Of a stretch of 16,841 bases of DNA, positions 1 to 7,277 are shown piece by piece. The stretch covers positions 1-16,841 of the forward strand of contig JAHQWG010000051.1 in the NCBI GenBank assembly GCA_029856045.1, given 5' to 3'. Source of the DNA: Promethearchaeia archaeon. Lineage in GTDB: Archaea > Asgardarchaeota > Lokiarchaeia > Sigyniarchaeales > SOKP01. The notes below the pieces were generated by a model that saw only the letters and a list, made by a program, of their open reading frames with translations, was not told the origin of the DNA and did not search any database. Within the stretch, counting starts at the first letter, position 1. Every line of letters begins with the position of its first letter. The translations under genes and the position numbers were made by a program.

Positions 1-411
1 ATCTATAGCATCCTTTATAAATTGATGGGCAGGAAGAAAACGATGATTTTCTGCAATCATGAATTTCACGTTTGCTTTTTTAGTTGCTGCTATCATTTCA
101 TCGCATTCTTCAAGCGTCGTTGCCATCGGTTTTTCGCAAATTACGTGTTTCCCTGATTCAGCTGCAGCAACAACCATATCTTTATGAAGATAATGAGGGA
201 CCATGATGAGTACAGCATCAATATCGCTCTTAAAAAAATTATCTAAACTTAAATAAGTCTCTAGTTTAGAATATTTGGCAACCCTGTTTAGTTTTTTCTC
301 GTCGATATCATATGCAGAAACGAACTTTATTTTCGGATTATTTTTGGAGCCAAGCTTATGAAAACGCCATACTGCCCCCGTCCCAATTATACCAAATTTA
401 ATAAAATCCAT
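1..411 (-). CDS. Gfo/Idh/MocA family NAD(P)-dependent oxidoreductase (N-terminal 137 aa; runs off the left edge)
   Basis: Not in the ORF track; translated by hand from ATG at 411: MDFIKFGIIGTGAVWRFH...DIDAVLIMVPHYLHKDMVVAAAESGKHVICEKPMATTLEECDEMIAA...ENHRF. It has a GxGxxA-type Rossmann motif and the family hallmark GKHVxCEKP. SD-like AGAGGT lies just upstream. Confidence 0.93.
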   Translation of the reverse strand, partial: MDFIKFGIIGTGAVWRFHKLGSKNNPKIKFVSAYDIDEKKLNRVAKYSKLETYLSLDNFFKSDIDAVLIMVPHYLHKDMVVAAAESGKHVICEKPMATTLEECDEMIAATKKANVKFMIAENHRFLPAHQFIKDAID

Positions 412-513
412 AAAATCATACCTCTAACATTTTATAATTTCGTGAATGAATTTCTTAAGTTTTTGCACGAATATTAGAAATAAATAAATATTATTCTCAT
501 TTTTTATTCGACT

Positions 514-1638
514 TTATTTAACAAAAATGTTTTTATCTAAACTTGAAAGCCTTTCACAACCAGATTTGGTAATCCTATAGCAATCTTCTACCCCAATCAA
601 ACCCTGATTTTTAAAATTTTGCCAAATTTCAATATCAAGAACCATATTCTCTTCAAACGGAATATCAAGGGTCTTCATTGGACTGAACAAATGAGTTTCC
701 TCACATTCTAATCCAATGCTATGACCTGTAATGAAACAACTTCCTCGCCTTGCAAGAGATTTATGATACTTTTTAGCATTGTTGTATAATTCTTTCATGT
801 TTAAGCCAGGTTTAATGTTCTCTACGCAATATTCTTGTACCATAATTATTCGATCCATAACTTCTTCAGCACTATCTGGTATTTGTCCTATCACGAGTTC
901 CCTACTAACATCTGATACATATCCTTTCCAAATGGTTCCAATATCAAATCTATTAAGATCTCCGGATTTCAGGGTGGTTCCTATTCCTGGTGCTTCGGGA
1001 TCAGAGGGTCCCAAGTTCATTGTAAGGTGATCCCATCCTTCTGCACCCTCATCAATTATAGTTCTTCTAGCTATTTGTAATAATTCATTATCGGTTATTC
1101 CTTCATGAGCCGCATCAATCATGGCTTTTATTGCCTTTTCAGAAATTTCCGTAGACTTTCTTATGCGTTTCACTTCCTCTTCTGATTTAATTAACCGCAT
1201 GTCCAAAAAAGCTTGATCACCATTAACAAAGGTCGCATTCGGAAATTTATTTCTTAAATATTCAGATTGATAAGAGGGCATTAGAGATTCATATCCTATA
1301 TTTTTTTCTGATAACCCCCATTTTTCAATTCTATCTGATACTTCTACCATTGCTGCTTTAGGAGACCCAATTCCACTTACATCCTTAACCCAAGAAAATT
1401 TATCTACACTACTGTACATAATCCAAGTTATTAAACTTTCTTCCCCATCCCTCCTTACTAAAGATAAACTTGGATATTGATTATATAAGACATATAAAAT
1501 AGGATTGGGAGCCACATGTAACGTTGGTAAGCCAGTTGTATAAAATACATTTACCGGAATAGAAGCAATCAACACATCAATATCATATTTTTCCAAACTA
1601 TTGCGCGCTTTTTCTTTACTAAAACCAATTGGTTCCAT
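514..1638 (-). CDS. M24 family (Xaa-Pro peptidase/creatinase-like fold) metallohydrolase
   Basis: Creatinase-like N-terminal domain, linker MRLIKSEEE, and pita-bread metal ligands D (RFDIG), D (YVSDVSR), H (GHSIGL), E (LDIEIW), E (GVEDC). Confidence 0.88.
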   Translation of the reverse strand: MEPIGFSKEKARNSLEKYDIDVLIASIPVNVFYTTGLPTLHVAPNPILYVLYNQYPSLSLVRRDGEESLITWIMYSSVDKFSWVKDVSGIGSPKAAMVEVSDRIEKWGLSEKNIGYESLMPSYQSEYLRNKFPNATFVNGDQAFLDMRLIKSEEEVKRIRKSTEISEKAIKAMIDAAHEGITDNELLQIARRTIIDEGAEGWDHLTMNLGPSDPEAPGIGTTLKSGDLNRFDIGTIWKGYVSDVSRELVIGQIPDSAEEVMDRIIMVQEYCVENIKPGLNMKELYNNAKKYHKSLARRGSCFITGHSIGLECEETHLFSPMKTLDIPFEENMVLDIEIWQNFKNQGLIGVEDCYRITKSGCERLSSLDKNIFVK

Positions 1639-1727
1639 TTTATTTCAAATCATTAATTATTAATTTAGTTGTAATTTTCAAAATCTTTTTCAATTAAATA
1701 AAAAAAATAAATAACAGCTTAAAATTT

Positions 1728-2069
1728 CTAATCTATATCCATAAATATCTCTAATTTTTGTAGACTTCCCATATCTCCTTTGGTTTTAAGTTTTCCCTCC
1801 ATAAATGCCTCCATTGGATCTTCTTCTCCAGTAGAAATACCAATAAAGACATCTGAGTTAACTTCCAAACCCATTTCCGCATTTTCGTCAGAGCCATCCT
1901 CTAATCTTGCTGTTTTATTCTCAATAATCATTTTTAGTTTGTAATCAATATCTGGAAAGTCGAATTGCATTGTTTTATTAAATCCTTCAAATTCATCTGC
2001 AATTTCTGGATCGTCTAATAATTTGACCCATCTATTTAGAGCATCCTTAATTTCTTCAGCAGTAGCCAT
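1728..2069 (-). CDS. SCP2 sterol/lipid-binding domain protein (113 aa)
   Basis: C-terminal signature DPMEAFMEGKLKTKGDM is typical of SCP2. The start was moved from the track's GTG (2078) to ATG 2069 because that GTG is part of the SD (AAGGTG-tattta-ATG). Confidence 0.85.
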   Translation of the reverse strand: MATAEEIKDALNRWVKLLDDPEIADEFEGFNKTMQFDFPDIDYKLKMIIENKTARLEDGSDENAEMGLEVNSDVFIGISTGEEDPMEAFMEGKLKTKGDMGSLQKLEIFMDID

Positions 2070-2116
2070 TAAATACACCTTTCAATTACTTTATTAATTA
2101 TCTATTTTCCTTTTTT

Positions 2117-2129
2117 TATTAAAGCTTTT
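2117..2129 (-). promoter_or_regulatory. Putative archaeal BRE/TATA promoter of the SCP2 gene
   Basis: Minus strand AAAAGCTTTAATA about 50 nt upstream of the ATG; the same pattern precedes other genes in the window. Confidence 0.4.
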
Positions 2130-2250
2130 ATTTTTAATTAAGAAATGTTTTGTTTTTGTAATTTATATAATTTTTTATATATCTTTTGTTGATTTAGCAA
2201 TTTTCAAACGATATTTTCAAATTTTCTTGCATCTATTAGATTTTCCCCTA

Positions 2251-3144
2251 TTATTTTATTGCTTCTAATTGCGCTTGCCTTTTTGATAGTAAAAACGAAC
2301 TTATTAAGATAATAATCACACCGACACTCATGTAGATAATAGAAAGGAAGCTAGGAGGTGCTAACATGAATACTATAAAGTAAAATAATACTGGCGTCAC
2401 TTGAATGGGAACTTGTTGAATAGGAATCATATTTGATGCCTGAGCAACTTGAAAAGCTTGCGTAATTTTCATGATTCCAATAATACTACCTACAATTAAA
2501 ATTGCTACGCAACAAAGAAATAAAATAAATTCTCCTAAACTAGAAGTTCCTCCGAAGATATGAGCGATGACGCCCATCAATGGTGCAATCCAGAAGTTCG
2601 TGAGTGAAAATTGGAATCCTGAAGAAATTGCTAATAAAATCCCTTTAAACTTTTTACTTTTTCTTTGAAGAATTTCACATAAAACAGATCCTAAAAATAA
2701 AGTTACAGTAAAAATAGCCATTCTAAAAACAAGACCTATTTCTAATAAATCTATATTAGTGATATCAATTGACAATTCACTAATACCGAGTAAGAAAATC
2801 GCAATTATCATTAATAATATTCCTGTTATTTCTTCTTTTTTTAAGGTTTCACTAACAATTTTGACAGATCCGATAGCAAGAAAAATTAAACCAAAAGCCA
2901 TTAATCCCGGAATTAAAGCTGGACCAATATATACCTGAGCTAACATGAAAAATATTGATCCTATTGCTAGTTCCATCAATAAACCCGTTATCCAAAGCGG
3001 TTTTTTCACTAAATTACGGAAAAATTTCTCCTCCTCTGCAACAACTTCATTAACTACTTTTTTCTGGAAAACTAACCCGATATTATTCACGCATCCCGAA
3101 GTAATTGCTAGGAAGACCCCAAGCCAATATAAAGAAGCATCCAT
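2251..3144 (-). CDS. DMT-superfamily membrane transporter, NIPA (Mg2+ transporter)-like
   Basis: About 9 hydrophobic segments. The pattern GVFLAITS..NNIGLVFQKK / KPLWITGLL / PALIPGL / VSETL...GILL / QAFQ..QASNMIPI parallels NIPA-family DMT proteins. Confidence 0.7.
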   Translation of the reverse strand: MDASLYWLGVFLAITSGCVNNIGLVFQKKVVNEVVAEEEKFFRNLVKKPLWITGLLMELAIGSIFFMLAQVYIGPALIPGLMAFGLIFLAIGSVKIVSETLKKEEITGILLMIIAIFLLGISELSIDITNIDLLEIGLVFRMAIFTVTLFLGSVLCEILQRKSKKFKGILLAISSGFQFSLTNFWIAPLMGVIAHIFGGTSSLGEFILFLCCVAILIVGSIIGIMKITQAFQVAQASNMIPIQQVPIQVTPVLFYFIVFMLAPPSFLSIIYMSVGVIIILISSFLLSKRQAQLEAIK

Positions 3145-3191
3145 TTCTTTCAGCTCATCTATTTTCTCTTTTTTATAAAATATATAATCAC

Positions 3192-3222
3192 TAATTGATT
3201 TAATCAGTTAATAAATCTTTTC
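3192..3222 (-). promoter_or_regulatory. Putative BRE/TATA (GAAAAG-ATTTATTAA) with an abutting imperfect palindrome TAATTGATT-T-AATCAGTTA, upstream of the DMT gene
   Basis: Seen directly: 9-bp arms with 1 mismatch at 3192-3210, overlapping the 3' end of the TATA-like box at 3208-3216. Confidence 0.4.
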
Positions 3223-3248
3223 TCGAAAAAGTTGTGTATTATATTTAT

Positions 3249-3995
3249 TTAGACCGTCATGCCACCATCAATAGACAAGCTTATTCCGGTGCAAAATTCA
3301 TTGAGAGCGAGAAATAGCACACCTTCTGCAATTTCTTCGGGTGATCCTAACCTTCCCAAAAGTTGGCGTGCAATAAATTGACGTCTTGCTTCCTCAGGGT
3401 GTTCAAATTTTGCTAATCGTTTAGCTAGAGAAGGTGTATCAGTTGTACCTGGGCAAATACAGTTTACTCTTATTCGATCTTCGATATAATCAATAGCCAT
3501 GGCTCTCGTCATAGATAACACTGCACCTTTAGATGCAGTATACGCAGCTCTTTCCTTAACTCCTTTAAATGCAACAGATGATGCATTATTTATTATTGTT
3601 CCTTTAGTTTTTTTCAAATAAGGAATAGAATATTTTGATACTAAATAAACCCCCCGTACATTTACAGCCATTGTTCTGTCCCAATCCTTGGTAGAAATAT
3701 TATCTATTCTTCCTGGGAGAACAACACCCGCATTATTAAAAAGAATATCAATTTTTCCATATTTTTCAATCGTTTTCTCAATAATTCTTTTAGTATCTTC
3801 TTCTTTCGAAATATCACCTTGGACGAATATAGCATCACCACCTGAGCTTTTAATGGCATTTACAACTTTTAATGCAGATTCAGATATTGAGTTGCAACAA
3901 ACTTTAGATCCTTCCTTAGCAAATAGAATAGCTGTTGCCTCTCCAATACCAGCTCCGGCTCCAGTGATGACAGATACTTTTCCTTCTAATTTCAT
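3249..3995 (-). CDS. SDR oxidoreductase, BDH2/DHRS6 / 2-keto-3-deoxy-L-fuconate dehydrogenase-like subfamily
   Basis: TGAGAGIG, NNAG and catalytic YTASK. The C-terminal NCICPGTTDTPSL..R....PEEAR..F..RQ..GR closely matches the BDH2-type subfamily signature. Confidence 0.9.
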   Translation of the reverse strand: MKLEGKVSVITGAGAGIGEATAILFAKEGSKVCCNSISESALKVVNAIKSSGGDAIFVQGDISKEEDTKRIIEKTIEKYGKIDILFNNAGVVLPGRIDNISTKDWDRTMAVNVRGVYLVSKYSIPYLKKTKGTIINNASSVAFKGVKERAAYTASKGAVLSMTRAMAIDYIEDRIRVNCICPGTTDTPSLAKRLAKFEHPEEARRQFIARQLLGRLGSPEEIAEGVLFLALNEFCTGISLSIDGGMTV

Positions 3996-4028
3996 TTTTT
4001 TTCCCTCTTATTGTTAAACATGGATTAA

Positions 4029-4826
4029 TTATAACATAATAATTTTTCGCGCTTCAGAAGGATCAGCTGCATCACGGCCCATTTCTTTACAAATTCTCAC
4101 CATTCGACCTACTAATTCCGCATTATTTTTTGCGGGAACTTCTTGCCTTATGAAAGGATAATCTTCAGTTCCAACACGAACATTGCCACCATGTGCAATA
4201 GCTAAGGTAGCGATTTTTGTTTGTTTTTCTCCCATAACACTAATAGTATGTAAGCAATTTTCTGGCATATATTTTATCCGATGCAAATATTCATCAGCTG
4301 TGGGAGGAGACCATGTGCCACCAGGCCAGTTAAAAAATAATGTTAAGACATGAGGACTTTCAATCAAACCTTTCTTTATTAAATAGTTCAAATTCCAATA
4401 TGATCCCGTGTGCCATACCTCCCACTCAGGTTTAATGTTAAACTCTCTACATTTTATACAATATTCTTCCAATTCTTCTAGAGAGTGAATTCGATTTAAG
4501 TTCAATTGGGTAAAATGTTCATCATGGTGATTCAAGATAATAGAAAGCATATCTGGTCTTGCTTCAAAATCTCCTTTTCTATCAGGGATAATATCACTAG
4601 ACATACCTCCTTGAATTATTACATCACATTTTTCTCTAATCTTATTAACAATTTCAACCTCTTCTCCTCTAGGAAGATGTACATGAGCTATAGCTGCACC
4701 TGCCTCATAGCATTCTACTACATCTTTGATTAACGCATCAGTTGTTTCAGCCCAATTTTTAACGTTTGGATAAATCCAAGAATTTGCAGTTGTTGCAGTT
4801 ATAATTGTTTTTTCATATCCTTTCAT
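4029..4826 (-). CDS. DUF849 / beta-keto acid cleavage enzyme (BKACE, 3-keto-5-aminohexanoate cleavage family)
   Basis: AGAAIAHVH (Zn-binding HxH), KPEWE, GGNVRVGTED, NAELV, A.PSEAR. The start was set to ATG 4826, with SD GGTGAG overlapping the eda stop, rather than the track's TTG 4841. Confidence 0.9.
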   Translation of the reverse strand: MKGYEKTIITATTANSWIYPNVKNWAETTDALIKDVVECYEAGAAIAHVHLPRGEEVEIVNKIREKCDVIIQGGMSSDIIPDRKGDFEARPDMLSIILNHHDEHFTQLNLNRIHSLEELEEYCIKCREFNIKPEWEVWHTGSYWNLNYLIKKGLIESPHVLTLFFNWPGGTWSPPTADEYLHRIKYMPENCLHTISVMGEKQTKIATLAIAHGGNVRVGTEDYPFIRQEVPAKNNAELVGRMVRICKEMGRDAADPSEARKIIML

Positions 4827-4833
4827 TATATTC

Positions 4834-5517
4834 TCACCCAATTTTTTGATTTTTGAATTTTTTAATTAATTTTAGTGTTCTAGCTATATTTTCTTCTATT
4901 TTTCCCCAATTTTCAGATTCAATATACTCTTTCGTTATTAATTTTGATCCAATACCAAGTGCAATAACTCCTGCATCAAACCATGCATTAATATTTTCTT
5001 CGGTTATATTAACTCCTCCAGTTGGCATTAATTTTACCCAAGGCATTGGTGCTAATATGGCTTTAGCAAATTTTGGGCCACCTAATTCACCAGCTGGAAA
5101 AATTTTTATTATTTCACATCCCAACTCCTCTGCTTTTGATATTTCAGAAGGTGTTCCGCAACCCGGACAATAGGGAATTCTTCTTCTATTACATAGTTTG
5201 GCGATAGATGGATTTAATAATGGACCTACTACAAAGCTGGCTCCGTTATTAATATAAAGAGCAGCAGTATAAGGGTCAATAACCGATCCAACTCCAAAAA
5301 TTAACTGTGGTTTTTCTTTTTCAAAATATTTAACAAGTTTAGTGAAAACATCATAAGCAAAATCACCTCTATTTGTAAATTCAACAATTTTCCCACCACC
5401 TTTTGCAATACACTCGACAATTTTTCGAGCAATGTCAAAATTATTATTATAAAAAACTGGTATAAGACCTTGCTCAAGAATTGTGTTATATACTTCCAAA
5501 CTTGAAAATCTTGCCAA
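4834..5517 (-). CDS. eda: Bacterial-type KDPG/KHG aldolase (2-dehydro-3-deoxy-phosphogluconate aldolase)
   Basis: VEFTNR, GVGSV, PGCGTPSEI, Schiff-base lysine motif IKIFPA, MPTGGV. TTG start with SD AAGGTG 7 nt upstream. Confidence 0.92.
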   Translation of the reverse strand: MARFSSLEVYNTILEQGLIPVFYNNNFDIARKIVECIAKGGGKIVEFTNRGDFAYDVFTKLVKYFEKEKPQLIFGVGSVIDPYTAALYINNGASFVVGPLLNPSIAKLCNRRRIPYCPGCGTPSEISKAEELGCEIIKIFPAGELGGPKFAKAILAPMPWVKLMPTGGVNITEENINAWFDAGVIALGIGSKLITKEYIESENWGKIEENIARTLKLIKKFKNQKIG

Positions 5518-5540
5518 AATTAATCACCTTTTTTAATTAA

Positions 5541-6578
5541 TTATCTAGAAACACGCCCAGAAGTGTCTCCTCCCATCAATTTAAGAACTTCATCGATAGA
5601 CACTAAATTAAAATCTCCATATATTGTATGTTTTAAACATGACGCTGATACTGCAAAATTTAATATTTTTTGGTAATCATCTTTATACCTTAGAAATCCA
5701 AAGATTATACCTGCAGCGAAGGAATCGCCTCCACCAACTCGGTCTACTATTTGAGTTATATCATAATTTGGTCCAATATATAATTTGTCTCCATTAAAAA
5801 GAACACCTGACCAAGTATTATGACTCGCAGATATTGAACCTCGCAAAGTTATAGCAATATTTTTTAAATTTGGAAATTTTTTCATCAATTGTTCTCCTAC
5901 AAATTTATATTTTTGTGCATTTATTTTCCCAGAGGATATGTCAGTTTCTGGTGCTTTAATGCTAAAGACTTTATCTGCATCCTCTTCATTCCCAATTGCA
6001 AGATCGCAGTAATTAACAAGTTCTGACATAATATCAGATGGTTTTTTTCCATATTTCCATAATTTACTTCTATAATTTAAATCACAAGAAATAAAAACTC
6101 CTTTATTTTTTGCTACTTTTACTGCTTCGAGACAAATATCTGCTAAATCTTGTGAAATTGCTGGAGTAATCCCTGTCCAATGAAACCAATTTATTTCTTC
6201 AAAAATTTTATCCCATTCAAACATACCAATTTTAGCAGTTGAAATAGATGAATTTGCTCGATCATAAATTACCTTACTTCCTCGGGTTGAGGCTCCTTTC
6301 TCAAGATAATATATACCAAGCCGATCTCCACCCCTTATAATTTTATTAGTTTTAACACCATACTGACGTAAAAATTGAATACATGCATCTCCAATTTCAT
6401 TTTGGGGCAATCTTGTCACATAATATACGGGGATGCCAAAATTCGCCAATGATACAGCTACATTAGCCTCTCCTCCTCCATAAATTACTTCAAATGTTCT
6501 AGCTTGTATAAAACGCAAATAACTTGGAGGTGAAAGTCTAAGCATTATTTCTCCAAAAGTAACAACTTTTTCACTCAC
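5541..6578 (-). CDS. kdgK: 2-dehydro-3-deoxygluconokinase (PfkB sugar kinase, KdgK type)
   Basis: FGEIMLRLSP, GGGEANVA, V.YDR, GITPA, DLNYR.KLW, NEED and the PfkB anion hole DRVGGGDSF. It lies 23 nt upstream of eda. Confidence 0.92.
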   Translation of the reverse strand: MSEKVVTFGEIMLRLSPPSYLRFIQARTFEVIYGGGEANVAVSLANFGIPVYYVTRLPQNEIGDACIQFLRQYGVKTNKIIRGGDRLGIYYLEKGASTRGSKVIYDRANSSISTAKIGMFEWDKIFEEINWFHWTGITPAISQDLADICLEAVKVAKNKGVFISCDLNYRSKLWKYGKKPSDIMSELVNYCDLAIGNEEDADKVFSIKAPETDISSGKINAQKYKFVGEQLMKKFPNLKNIAITLRGSISASHNTWSGVLFNGDKLYIGPNYDITQIVDRVGGGDSFAAGIIFGFLRYKDDYQKILNFAVSASCLKHTIYGDFNLVSIDEVLKLMGGDTSGRVSR

Positions 6579-6660
6579 ATTAATTCTCTCTTTGATGGGT
6601 TGATCTTTAAATTAATGGGTTTTTTAAATTTCTTTAATATATTTTAATGATATTTTGAAA

Positions 6661-6674
6661 TATTAAATCCTTTT
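6661..6674 (-). promoter_or_regulatory. Putative BRE/TATA promoter of the kdgK-eda-BKACE-SDR operon
   Basis: Minus strand AAAAGGATTTAATA about 83 nt upstream of the kdgK GTG. A second near copy (AAAAGGATTTAAG) lies at about 6738-6750. Confidence 0.4.
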
Positions 6675-6828
6675 ATTTAAATTTTTAATAAAAGATAAAG
6701 AAAGTAATGAAAGTAAAAATTTTCTTATTTTATCTTCCTTAAATCCTTTTTATAAATAATATTTGAATCTAAAAAGAACACGGAAAAAGAATTTAATTAT
6801 TTTTAGATTATATTTTATTGAGTTAAAA

Positions 6829-7212
6829 TTGATTTGTGAAAATTGCGGGATTTGCTGCTATAAAACTGAAATGTTAATAACAGATGATGATATTAAAACA
6901 ATTCTTACTAATTACAATGCACCTTTAAAAGTCGATGTTTTTACGTTTAAAAATGAAGATGGGTACTGGCAATTAAAAAATGTGAATAAACATTGCTACT
7001 TTTTTGATGAAAAAACCAAATTGTGCAGTATTTATGAGTTTAGACCCGAGGGATGTCGGTATTATCCTTTGATTTATCTTGAAGATATAAATATATGCTC
7101 GCTTGATACAGATTGCCCAAGGCGCAATGAATTTTATCTGGATTGGAAACAACGTGAGGAAGCATCTGAAAAATTATTATATTACTTAAAAAAATATAAT
7201 TTTATCGAATGA
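6829..7212 (+). CDS. YkgJ family cysteine-cluster (CxxCxxCC) protein, putative Zn/Fe-chelating
   Basis: CENCGICC...CYFFD....CSIYEFRPEGCRYYP is the YkgJ pattern. The in-frame TTG at 6829 is preferred over the track's 6763 because the motif is normally N-terminal; the start is uncertain. Confidence 0.85.
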   Translation: MICENCGICCYKTEMLITDDDIKTILTNYNAPLKVDVFTFKNEDGYWQLKNVNKHCYFFDEKTKLCSIYEFRPEGCRYYPLIYLEDINICSLDTDCPRRNEFYLDWKQREEASEKLLYYLKKYNFIE

Positions 7213-7277
7213 AATAAAATAAAAAAATTTTTTTAAAAGAAATTTTTATATTTAATTACTCCAGAATTGGTGAAACA

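Noticed and set aside
779-5173. Plus-strand ORFs 779..1030, 2945..3178, 3688..4017, 4506..4733 and 4853..5173
   Set aside because: All lie antisense to well-supported genes and have no recognisable motifs.
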